DNA of 28,480 nucleotides from a virus (taxonomy: Duplodnaviria; Caudoviricetes). Positions 16,826 through 24,071 of the stretch are shown in pieces. The stretch is taken from positions 1 to 28,480 of the IMG/VR virus record IMGVR_UViG_3300005573_000240, one strand, 5' to 3'. Made by a program: the position numbers and the translations under genes. The stretch's first letter is position 1, and every line of letters starts with the position of its first letter. The notes under the pieces were generated by a model. It saw only the letters and a list, made by a program, of their open reading frames with translations, did no database searches and had not been told where the DNA came from.

Positions 16826-17474
16826 TGCGCTGCTCCTTGGTTGCCAGAAATAAAGCCAGATAGAACTCCAGCGACCCTCGAAGGGGCTTTATCTCGCGCT
16901 CACATTCCAACCGCTCATCAAGGCAAAATCTCTTAATGCGCGATTGGGAGTAAGAGCCACTGGCAATTTCGCACTTCGAGAATCCTGCGGCATAGAGACG
17001 CTCAATCGGCCGCATAGCCGCGACAAGAGCACCCGGGAACGGGAGCGCGGATTGATCCTCGATTTGCCACCAGCCAGGCCGCGCGCGCGTGATAAGGTGC
17101 TTCTGACCGCTGATGGCGATGATCGCGACCTGCGGTTCTCTAAGCAAGCATGATAGGATCTTGCGCCTGTCACCCAGCGAGCATGGAAGCCATTCGCCAT
17201 CGACCACGAAGTGCGCATAGTTTCTCATGCGCTGCGGCTTGTCTTTGCCGACAAGTCGCGCTAGGAGCCCGTTGGCGTCCGTAAAGCAGAACTGGCAGGC
17301 GTGGCAGATGATATCGCCTGGGAGGAGCTTGTCGAAGTCGGTGAAGGTGGGGCGTACCCACCGGGAAAACGAGATTCCGCGGCTAGAAAGCCCGCACGCG
17401 CGGCAGAGCCCTGTCTCGCGCCCGAGCATTTCAGGCGAGCCGGCAGCCTGCCAGATAATCTGCGGAACCGTCAT
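16815..17474 (-). CDS. csf1: Type IV CRISPR-Cas Csf1 (Cas8-like large subunit)
   Basis: Two CxxC motifs (CRACG, ICHAC) with FTDFD between them, and SGQKHL; ATG at 17474 overlaps the upstream stop (TGATG). The track ORF starts at 17489. Confidence 0.82.
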   Translation of the reverse strand: MTVPQIIWQAAGSPEMLGRETGLCRACGLSSRGISFSRWVRPTFTDFDKLLPGDIICHACQFCFTDANGLLARLVGKDKPQRMRNYAHFVVDGEWLPCSLGDRRKILSCLLREPQVAIIAISGQKHLITRARPGWWQIEDQSALPFPGALVAAMRPIERLYAAGFSKCEIASGSYSQSRIKRFCLDERLECEREIKPLRGSLEFYLALFLATKEQRNDA

Positions 17475-17731
17475 CACTCCTCCTGCCACGGGCGCAGTGT
17501 AAACGTATCTAGCGATCTAGGGTCCACGCCCACGGCTTCTGCGGCTGAAAGAAAGCCGTTCAGGAACCCAGTCCATGGGCACGTGTCCCAATGAGGTGCA
17601 TTGGTCGTTCCGCCGCGGTATGGCATACATGTGCATCGCAGATACTCGGACCACTGATCCAAACGCCGGTTGAGCGCCTGCCTCAGGGCCTCGCGCTGCT
17701 CCTGTGCCATGTCGACTCTGATAGGCGCCAT
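17474..17731 (-). CDS. Hypothetical protein
   Basis: 85 aa (MAPIRVDMAQEQREAL...), TAATG coupling upstream and TGATG coupling to csf1. Confidence 0.6.
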   Translation of the reverse strand: MAPIRVDMAQEQREALRQALNRRLDQWSEYLRCTCMPYRGGTTNAPHWDTCPWTGFLNGFLSAAEAVGVDPRSLDTFTLRPWQEE

Positions 17732-17994
17732 TACCAACCTCCGCGCCGCGCAGCCGCCGACAGGATCAGCCAGGCTGCGCCGCAAGATACCGCAGACCAG
17801 AACGCGAACTTCCACCGTTCGGCCTGCGACTTGTAGCGCGCTTCGGAGCGCAGCGCGGCCTCGATTACCTCCTCGTAGCGCACGCAGCGCTCCTGGAGTG
17901 CGGCGATCCGTGCTTGGGTGCGGGACAGGGAACGGTCTCCGTCCGCGCTTATGCGGAGTTGGCTGAGGAACTCCAGGTCTTCGCTCGTGAACAT
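17731..17994 (-). CDS. Hypothetical coiled-coil protein with hydrophobic C-terminus
   Basis: 87 aa, in-operon; FAFWSAVSCGAAWLILSAAA is a possible TM helix. Confidence 0.55.
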   Translation of the reverse strand: MFTSEDLEFLSQLRISADGDRSLSRTQARIAALQERCVRYEEVIEAALRSEARYKSQAERWKFAFWSAVSCGAAWLILSAAARRGGW

Positions 17995-17996
17995 CG

Positions 17997-18179
17997 CTAT
18001 TCCCCCAATTCCATCTGCCGCTCCTCACCGCGGAGCTGGCGGCGATACCGCTTCAGGCACTCGAGATAGTCCGCCCTCGTCTCGCGGTACGTTTTCATAA
18101 ACTCCTGCCTGCTGCGATCAAGCTCGTCAAGCGCATCGAGGGTATCCAGCACGGCACGTTCCAGGTCTTCGCGATTCAT
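17997..18179 (-). CDS. Hypothetical protein
   Basis: 60 aa, helical, GAGGTG RBS, ATGA coupling. Confidence 0.6.
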   Translation of the reverse strand: MNREDLERAVLDTLDALDELDRSRQEFMKTYRETRADYLECLKRYRRQLRGEERQMELGE

Positions 18180-18403
18180 TGCCGCACCTCCGCATACATA
18201 GGCGTATGCTGGTTCCTGATCTCACGCCGCGCTGTGCGATACCGGCACAGAGCGCTGTCGGCAGCCTGGGCCGCGGCGTATGTGACGGCATGGGCGCGGT
18301 AGAGTGCGTCCACCAGCCGCTCGGCAAGCGATCGCTTGGTGTGCGCCACATGGATGATGGCAGCGCCCACGAGCGCTAGAGTAGCGACAGACAGAGCGAT
18401 CAT
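18176..18403 (-). CDS. Hypothetical protein with N-terminal hydrophobic segment
   Basis: 75 aa, GGAGG RBS, ATGA coupling on both sides. Confidence 0.6.
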   Translation of the reverse strand: MIALSVATLALVGAAIIHVAHTKRSLAERLVDALYRAHAVTYAAAQAADSALCRYRTARREIRNQHTPMYAEVRQ

Positions 18404-18714
18404 GCCCCCTCCTTTGGGTCCTCCCCGTCGAGCGGAACGGCGTCGAGCATCTCAGCCGCGGGCTGTGGCCCGGGAGTTGGTTCTTGCTCCCGTTCAGCCC
18501 TGGCGCGGATGCATTGTTCCGCCCTAGCTATCACGACGGTCATGGATTGCGCCAACTCGACGATTGCGCCGGAGAAATTCTGAGCGATGCGCAGAACCGC
18601 ATCGGCATCGTAGCCACCATCCCATCGCTGGTCGATGATGTTATCGAGCAGGCGGGAGATCTGCATCACGTGGTTGGTATGGCGACGAAGGAACAACAGG
18701 TCTTGCCGGTTCAT
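18400..18714 (-). CDS. Hypothetical protein
   Basis: 104 aa, ATGA-coupled to recT. Confidence 0.6.
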   Translation of the reverse strand: MNRQDLLFLRRHTNHVMQISRLLDNIIDQRWDGGYDADAVLRIAQNFSGAIVELAQSMTVVIARAEQCIRARAEREQEPTPGPQPAAEMLDAVPLDGEDPKEGA

Positions 18715-19568
18715 CGTCCCTCCTCTCCGCCGGCGTCCGCGCCCGGCTGGGGCTCGATCTGCTCCAGGTCCGACGGCGCCGCAATCGCCTCCACGTCGAT
18801 GGGCTCGTCCGCGCTCAGCGGATTGTCTTGCGGCAGACCGAGATCGGCCCGCTCGTCCTGCTCGATCGCCCGGGCGAGCTCAATGGAGACCGGCAGGAAT
18901 TTGAACAGCCGTCGGACCACGGTCTTGCGGGCCATCTGCTCATAGTGAGTTTGCCACGGTCCGTTCGCCGCGGCCTTGCTCTGCGCGCGCGCCGCTTCGA
19001 TCTCGCGGCGGCTCATGACCTCGAATTGCACGCCGCCGTCCTTGAGCTTAGCGACGGCGTAGACGAACCGTAGCTTGTCCGGGAGCGTCCGATTCGGGTT
19101 GTCAAAATCGGGCGCGTGTGTGAGATCGCTATCCAGACCGAATTTCACGCTGAACTGGTCTCCCTCGTACACCGCCCGCGCCTCGATGCTCTGGATCTGC
19201 CCGGAGCGCCGCGCAAGGTCGATCATGCCGCGGTATCCGAGAATGAACTGCACCTCGGTGCGGCCCGCTTTCCGGTTCTCAAACGGAACCAGCCAGGCGT
19301 GACCTAGCGGCCCTCCTGGCTCAAGCCCGAGCTGGGCGCAAGTCATGATCGCGCCCAGAAAGCTATGCTGATCGCAGCGGGACAGCACAGGGTTACGCCG
19401 AACCTCCGTCAGCGCCACGCGGGCTAGCCTGTCTGCCGTGACGTGCTTCGGTAGGGCGAGAGCCATCTGTTGTTTGACCTTCGGGTCGTTCAACAGCGAC
19501 GCGAGATCGTTCCCACGTCGCTGCAATTGAGAGCCGCCAGTTACGGCGGCCTTTAGCGATGCACTCAT
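18711..19568 (-). CDS. recT: RecT-family single-strand annealing protein
   Basis: ALPKHVTADRLARVALTEVR, AQLGLEPG..LGHAWLVPF, QFILGYRGMIDLARRSGQI, GPWQTHYEQMARKTVVRRLFKFLPVSIE. Confidence 0.96.
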   Translation of the reverse strand: MSASLKAAVTGGSQLQRRGNDLASLLNDPKVKQQMALALPKHVTADRLARVALTEVRRNPVLSRCDQHSFLGAIMTCAQLGLEPGGPLGHAWLVPFENRKAGRTEVQFILGYRGMIDLARRSGQIQSIEARAVYEGDQFSVKFGLDSDLTHAPDFDNPNRTLPDKLRFVYAVAKLKDGGVQFEVMSRREIEAARAQSKAAANGPWQTHYEQMARKTVVRRLFKFLPVSIELARAIEQDERADLGLPQDNPLSADEPIDVEAIAAPSDLEQIEPQPGADAGGEEGR

Positions 19569-20527
19569 TTTGTCTCCTTGATGATGAACCGGCGAACGCC
19601 GGGCTGAAGGATTGTATGTTTGGCAATGATCTCCGCCGGCACGGCGGCTTCTGAGATCACCGCTTGATAGTCGATCTTTTCACGTGGAGCCGTGGCCTTC
19701 CACGTCACGATTGGTCTACCGTCCAGCGTTAGTGCTGACCGCTCGCCGAGCGCGAGCTTGATGCGCTCCACGGCGGCGTCGTACTCGCGCTCCGCCTCGG
19801 CGATGCGGACCTTCGCCGCGCGGGCCTGGTTGTAAGCTTCGAGGAGGGACTCGTCCGCTTCGAGGGTTTCGCCGTTGTCGGTGGGCCATGCTTTGGCCGC
19901 TTCATCGGCGGTCTGCGGTGGGGGCGGGATGCGGGCGAGGACGTGGTCGAACCAGAAACGCTCGGCGCGCTCAAACATCGCGGCGATCGTCTCCTCGTCA
20001 CGCTCGATGCGCTTGATGACGAGATGCTGACCGCCGATCAACGCCGCCACGTCACACCACGGCAGGCCCGTGACGCCCAGGTACCACATGCACTGAGCGG
20101 CATAGTGTACGGGTACCGCGTCGGGGTCGTCGTCGCGACCCCAAGCGTCAGCGCTGAAGGCGTTAACGGCCTTCACCTCGAGGATGCCGTCTGCCCCTTT
20201 AAGCTGGCCGCGGTGGACCCGGGCGTGCTTGCCAGGAGAGAGGATCGCCCGGTCGAGAGAGGCAATAGCCCAATCCCGACCGGGTGATCGCAGCAGGGAA
20301 TTGACGCGCTGGATGGTCACCTGCGCGCGATAGGCGTACTCGCGCGCAATGAGGTCCTCCAGGAGCAGCCCCCAGCGCATCGCTTCGGTGAGGGGCTGCT
20401 CCTGTCCGTCCACCTTGTCACGGTAGACGTCGAGTGGGCTGCGCCACGGGCTGAGCCCGAGCACGGCGGCGATATCGGAGCCGCCGATGCCCGTGCGGCG
20501 CTCGGCGAGCCATTCCTCGCGGATCAT
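19565..20527 (-). CDS. YqaJ-like viral recombinase exonuclease
   Basis: EWLAERRTGIGGSDIAAVLGLSPWRSP, ASLDR, ILEVK, YAAQCMWYLGVTG; upstream of recT. Confidence 0.93.
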   Translation of the reverse strand: MIREEWLAERRTGIGGSDIAAVLGLSPWRSPLDVYRDKVDGQEQPLTEAMRWGLLLEDLIAREYAYRAQVTIQRVNSLLRSPGRDWAIASLDRAILSPGKHARVHRGQLKGADGILEVKAVNAFSADAWGRDDDPDAVPVHYAAQCMWYLGVTGLPWCDVAALIGGQHLVIKRIERDEETIAAMFERAERFWFDHVLARIPPPPQTADEAAKAWPTDNGETLEADESLLEAYNQARAAKVRIAEAEREYDAAVERIKLALGERSALTLDGRPIVTWKATAPREKIDYQAVISEAAVPAEIIAKHTILQPGVRRFIIKETK

Positions 20528-20733
20528 CGACCGCTCCGGGAGGTCGGCTGCGCGGCAAGCTCAGCGGCCCGCTCCGCAGCGGCCTCTAGGACGCGCCGGG
20601 AGACGGCTCGGCCACGGAGCACCTGAGAAACCGTAGTGGGCGTTATGCCCAGTGCAGCCGCCAGCCGGCGCAGCTCGCCTCGATTTCTGAGCAATGTGCG
20701 CCGTATTTTTGTTAGTCTCATAGTGTGATGCAT
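20524..20733 (-). CDS. Cro-like helix-turn-helix regulator
   Basis: LRRLAAALGITPTTVSQVLRG HTH; first gene of the early operon. Confidence 0.8.
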   Translation of the reverse strand: MHHTMRLTKIRRTLLRNRGELRRLAAALGITPTTVSQVLRGRAVSRRVLEAAAERAAELAAQPTSRSGR

Positions 20734-20739
20734 AAGTTA

Positions 20740-20780
20740 TCTATAGCGCAATTCCGCAGCGTTGTCAAGCGGAATTACGC
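20740..20780 (-). promoter_or_regulatory. Leftward sigma70 promoter overlapped by an inverted-repeat operator
   Basis: Minus strand TTGACA (20768-20763), 17 bp, TATAGA (20745-20740); inverted repeat GCGCAATTCCGC (20746-57) / GCGGAATTACGC (20769-80) brackets the -35. Confidence 0.7.
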
Positions 20781-20794
20781 AAAGGGGGATGCAA

Positions 20795-20986
20795 ATGGAT
20801 GGAAACGAAAGCCATATTATGACGACAAAGCAGTCAGTATGGATCGACACCGATCTGCTGGAGAAGGCCCGAAGGCGTATGAGGATCTTAGGCTTCAGTA
20901 GCTTCGGAGCATACTGCAATGAACTGATAAGGCGTGACTTAGCTGCTCAGGACAAGCGGATGGATGGCAATCTTGGCAAACATTAA
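20795..20986 (+). CDS. Ribbon-helix-helix-like small regulator, divergent from cro (candidate repressor)
   Basis: KQSVWID (beta) TDLLEKARRRMRILG (helix A) SSFGAYCNELIRRDL (helix B). Start is 20795 or 20819. Confidence 0.65.
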   Translation: MDGNESHIMTTKQSVWIDTDLLEKARRRMRILGFSSFGAYCNELIRRDLAAQDKRMDGNLGKH

Positions 20987-21011
20987 AATTTCTCAATAAT
21001 TGAAAAAACGC

Positions 21012-21039
21012 TTGACACGCGCACACAGTATGATAATAT
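21012..21039 (+). promoter_or_regulatory. Rightward sigma70 promoter (extended -10), probably leaderless
   Basis: TTGACA (21012-17), 16 bp, TAATAT (21034-39) preceded by TGn; AT-rich upstream tract; ATG 6 nt downstream with no RBS. Confidence 0.7.
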
Positions 21040-21045
21040 GAAAAT

Positions 21046-21342
21046 ATGAAGAGCACAGAGAAGCGGATCAGACGAGAAGAGGGCTGCCCTGCTTGCGGCA
21101 GCCATCTGGAGACGATCATCGACAGGTACCCGATGGTCTATAGGTGTGCCAAATGCGAGGCCATCTACGGATCGTGCTCTCTTGGTGAGAGCTACGGTCT
21201 TGTACTGCCTTACATGGCGAACGAGGAAGTACCAGATGAGCGAATCCGGTACTTCGACCTGCTGTGCTTGGCATCCGGCGGGCTCAGACGCCGGCACGGA
21301 TGGTACGACACAGAGACCAAGAGGATCGTCCAGATTGGATGA
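21046..21342 (+). CDS. Zinc-ribbon hypothetical protein
   Basis: 98 aa, CPACG...CAKC; first gene after the rightward promoter. Confidence 0.7.
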   Translation: MKSTEKRIRREEGCPACGSHLETIIDRYPMVYRCAKCEAIYGSCSLGESYGLVLPYMANEEVPDERIRYFDLLCLASGGLRRRHGWYDTETKRIVQIG

Positions 21343-21348
21343 TCCTAG

Positions 21349-21414
21349 CCGCCTGATGAGTCCCGGGAGCGGACCCGGGACGAAACACCCCACCGGGGTG
21401 TCGCGGAAAACCGC
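21349..21414 (+). ncRNA. Type I hammerhead ribozyme
   Basis: CCGC-CTGATGA-GTCCCGGG(agcgga)CCCGGGAC-GAAA-CACCCC(acc)GGGGTG-TC/GCGG: complete catalytic core, three stems, GUC cleavage triplet (cut after 21402); intergenic. Confidence 0.93.
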
Positions 21415-21427
21415 AGGAGGAGGAGAT

Positions 21428-21661
21428 ATGAAGCCGTTGAGAGTTAAGAATCAGGACGAGGCCACGTGGCTCAACCGCAATGTGTTGCATTGCGGTTGGG
21501 TGGTCCCAGGGCAGCTATGGGACACCGCCGAAGCGTGGCCAGATCCAAAGGACCGCGCGCTGGCGCATGAGATACTCAAGCGCTACCGCAAGGGTGGCGC
21601 TAACGCTGTGGTCACTGAAGCGGAACGACGGCAGCTTGCGGTCTGCTGCCGAGAGGATTAG
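21428..21661 (+). CDS. Hypothetical protein
   Basis: 77 aa MKPLRVKNQDEATWLNRN..., strong AGGAGGAGGAG RBS just after the ribozyme. Confidence 0.7.
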   Translation: MKPLRVKNQDEATWLNRNVLHCGWVVPGQLWDTAEAWPDPKDRALAHEILKRYRKGGANAVVTEAERRQLAVCCRED

Positions 21662-21676
21662 CCGTTAGGAGGGAAT

Positions 21677-22255
21677 ATGCAGATATCATTTAGGCATCAC
21701 AAACATGACGGCGAGGAATACCCCCGTCATGGTGTAGTGGAAGTCGCACTGAACCGGCCCTATGAGGGCATGGTCACGGTCCGCCCGCTCCGGGGATGCG
21801 CCCCGGAGGCGTGGCTGCTCCCCCGTCTGCTTGAGGCGGCGGGAGTGGCGTCGGTGCGCTTCGAGGGCGGAGCGTACCGAGTGACCGTAGCGTCCGAGTG
21901 GCGCTATGGAACCCGCGAGATCCGTCCGCTCGGCTACACCGGGCGGGAAGGGTCTACGTCCGCCTACTGGGCCCACTACTGGGCCCTGAACCCAGACGGC
22001 TCCCGTCACCATGCGGTGGCCGGCGTCCACGTGTCCATGTGTGGACGATTGAACGAGCAGATCTGGGGATATCCAGATCTGCTGCTTTACGGGACACGCA
22101 TGGCGTTCCCCTCCCCATTGTCCACCGAAGTGGACGTGCGGGTCCTGCAGGACCCGCTACGGATCGACCACCCGGCTCCCGATGGGGAATTTGTGTTCCC
22201 CGTCGAAGGGTTCGAATATCCCGAACCTCTGGCGGTACCGAAGGTGAGTCTATGA
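21677..22255 (+). CDS. Hypothetical protein
   Basis: 192 aa, AGGAGG RBS, ATGA-coupled to the next gene. Confidence 0.7.
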   Translation: MQISFRHHKHDGEEYPRHGVVEVALNRPYEGMVTVRPLRGCAPEAWLLPRLLEAAGVASVRFEGGAYRVTVASEWRYGTREIRPLGYTGREGSTSAYWAHYWALNPDGSRHHAVAGVHVSMCGRLNEQIWGYPDLLLYGTRMAFPSPLSTEVDVRVLQDPLRIDHPAPDGEFVFPVEGFEYPEPLAVPKVSL

Positions 22256-22422
22256 AAAAGGAACTGCCTAAAACCCGCATCACGATCACCGTCACCAAGG
22301 GGCTCCAGCGCAGGCTGGAAGACGAGCGGTGGCGGCGCAGGGCGCGATCGCTCAGCGCCATGATCGAGGAACTGCTCTGGCGCGCGCTTGACGGCGCTGG
22401 AGAGAAAAAGGAGAAACAATGA
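22252..22422 (+). CDS. Ribbon-helix-helix protein (CopG/Arc-like; possible Aca-type regulator)
   Basis: MKKELPKTRITITVTKGLQRRLEDERWRRRARSLSAMIEELLWRAL shows an RHH beta-alpha-alpha pattern; coupled to the DUF1874 gene. Confidence 0.75.
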   Translation: MKKELPKTRITITVTKGLQRRLEDERWRRRARSLSAMIEELLWRALDGAGEKKEKQ

Positions 22423-22754
22423 GGTACATTCTGAACAGCGCAGTGATCACTGCACCCGGCACCTACGAGTACCGGGTGATCGACCCTACCCTGGCCCGTG
22501 CCTGGGCCGAAAAGGGGTCATTCATGTCCACAATCGGGTACACGGAGACGGCGGCGTTTGCCACCGAGCTGCTGGGCGTGCCGGTGCCGGTGAATCGGGT
22601 CATGGTCTCCATGGCCCCGGGAGACGAGGCGCTTGTGGTGCGCCTCGTGCTGCCTCCGGGCAGTCCGAGGATTGATCCGTCCGACAAGGGCCGGCTGGGG
22701 CGGCTCGTGCTCGAGGGAAATTTCGAACTCGGGCTGCTCCGGCGGCTCCAGTAG
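22419..22754 (+). CDS. acrIII-1: DUF1874 / STIV B116 / YddF-family protein, AcrIII-1 ring nuclease homologue
   Basis: YILNSAVITAPGTY, STIG[Y]..TA.F..ELLG, VPVNR, GDEALVVRL, C-terminal GLLRRL resemble B. subtilis YddF / AcrIII-1; the conserved GH appears as GY. Confidence 0.82.
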   Translation: MRYILNSAVITAPGTYEYRVIDPTLARAWAEKGSFMSTIGYTETAAFATELLGVPVPVNRVMVSMAPGDEALVVRLVLPPGSPRIDPSDKGRLGRLVLEGNFELGLLRRLQ

Positions 22755-22766
22755 CCGCGTCCGCCA

Positions 22767-22798
22767 GGGCGGGACGTCAGCTCCCGCCCGTTCCTTCC
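22767..22798. terminator. Possible terminator hairpin between convergent operons
   Basis: GGGCGGGA-cgtcagc-TCCCGCCC with only a weak pyrimidine tail; sits at the convergence point. Confidence 0.4.
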
Positions 22799-23019
22799 GC
22801 GCCCGTTTCATCGGGCGTACCTTCGCCCACCAAGGCGGCGCCGTCGTCGCTGAGGCGGTAACCGCTTGGCGATGGCGGCAGCTTCTTCAGCCAGACCAGC
22901 GTCTGAAGGGCCCCGATATACTGCTGCTGGATAGCGTTCATCAATTCCTGGAGCCGACGCTGGTAACCCGCCAAAAACTCCCGCTCTTCAGCCGTAAGCT
23001 CGTACCGGATCTCGCTCAT
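22777..23019 (-). CDS. Hypothetical protein at the end of the tail operon
   Basis: 80 aa, ATGA-coupled to the upstream gene. Confidence 0.6.
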   Translation of the reverse strand: MSEIRYELTAEEREFLAGYQRRLQELMNAIQQQYIGALQTLVWLKKLPPSPSGYRLSDDGAALVGEGTPDETGAEGTGGS

Positions 23020-23372
23020 TTCGCCCCCTTAGCGTGCGCGATCTGTGCGGCAACGGCCTTTTTCGCCTCCATGACCGCCTGCGCCGAGGCCTCCGCTTGC
23101 TGCTTCAATCGCGCGATCGTCGGCGGCGGGAACTGCTCCAGGGCGGGCTCGATCAGGCTGTCGATGACCCGCTGGACGATCATCTCGGCCACGCTGCCGT
23201 ATTTTGTCCTCTGGACCGCCGTCCATTGCTGTGTGCCGCCCGCATCGACCGGAACAATCGCTGCCTCGACCTGGGCCTGCATGTAGCTGGTCAGCGAATC
23301 GACCGCCTCGGCGGGAATCGTCCAGTCGTACTGCTGCCCAGCGTGCTTCAGGGTAATCTCGATGGTATCCAT
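23016..23372 (-). CDS. Hypothetical tail-associated protein (possible fibre chaperone)
   Basis: 118 aa, GAGGAG RBS, follows a fibre-like gene. Confidence 0.6.
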   Translation of the reverse strand: MDTIEITLKHAGQQYDWTIPAEAVDSLTSYMQAQVEAAIVPVDAGGTQQWTAVQRTKYGSVAEMIVQRVIDSLIEPALEQFPPPTIARLKQQAEASAQAVMEAKKAVAAQIAHAKGAK

Positions 23373-23381
23373 AATGTCTCC

Positions 23382-24071
23382 TCAGTAAGCCAATTTCAGC
23401 CGGTAGCCGTCCGCCGGGTCCGCCCACACCTTCTTCGTGCCCGCGCCGGGGTTGGACGTCGGGATGTTGTTCAGAATGACGTCTCCGCCTGATCGCAGCG
23501 TCATCGCTCCGATCTGATGATCACACCAGACCGAGTTGGCCCCCAGATACAGATTTCCGATTCCCGCTCCCGCCCAGTACTCAATAGAGCAGGTTGCGGA
23601 GGACGACTCCGGCTTGATCGCAAGGTAGTTGCTAGATGTGGACGCAGCCTGTACGCGAATCCCAGTTTGGCCGTCGCCGTCCGGCACGACCGTCAGTTTG
23701 GCCGTCGGCGTGTCCGTGCCGATGCCGACCCTGTAGGGACAGAGCACCGTGCCTTGCAGGTACATGTTCCCAAACTGCGAGCCGGTCCAGTAGCCTACGG
23801 TGCACGAGTTCGCGGCAGACTCCACCCACACAGAGAACATCTTGGCGTTATTGGACGGGCTCCGAAGCTGGATCGCCGCATAGCCGTCCTGCGCGGGCGT
23901 GATGGTGGCCAACGTGGCAAGTAGCGTCTGGCACGACACCGAGTTTGCATTGGTCAGGCTGTTGTTGTTCGCATTGACGAGCCCCTGCCATGAGGCCGGA
24001 GCTTGCGCAACTGAATTCAGCCAGGATGTGGTGACCGGTTGACCGTCTGAAAGAGTTACTGGCCAGGGCAT
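23382..24071 (-). CDS. Putative tail fibre / receptor-binding protein
   Basis: 229 aa rich in Ser/Thr/Asn/Gly, with a VGIGTDTPTAKLTV fibre motif and an internal duplicated SCTVGYW / TCSIEYW unit. Confidence 0.7.
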   Translation of the reverse strand: MPWPVTLSDGQPVTTSWLNSVAQAPASWQGLVNANNNSLTNANSVSCQTLLATLATITPAQDGYAAIQLRSPSNNAKMFSVWVESAANSCTVGYWTGSQFGNMYLQGTVLCPYRVGIGTDTPTAKLTVVPDGDGQTGIRVQAASTSSNYLAIKPESSSATCSIEYWAGAGIGNLYLGANSVWCDHQIGAMTLRSGGDVILNNIPTSNPGAGTKKVWADPADGYRLKLAY

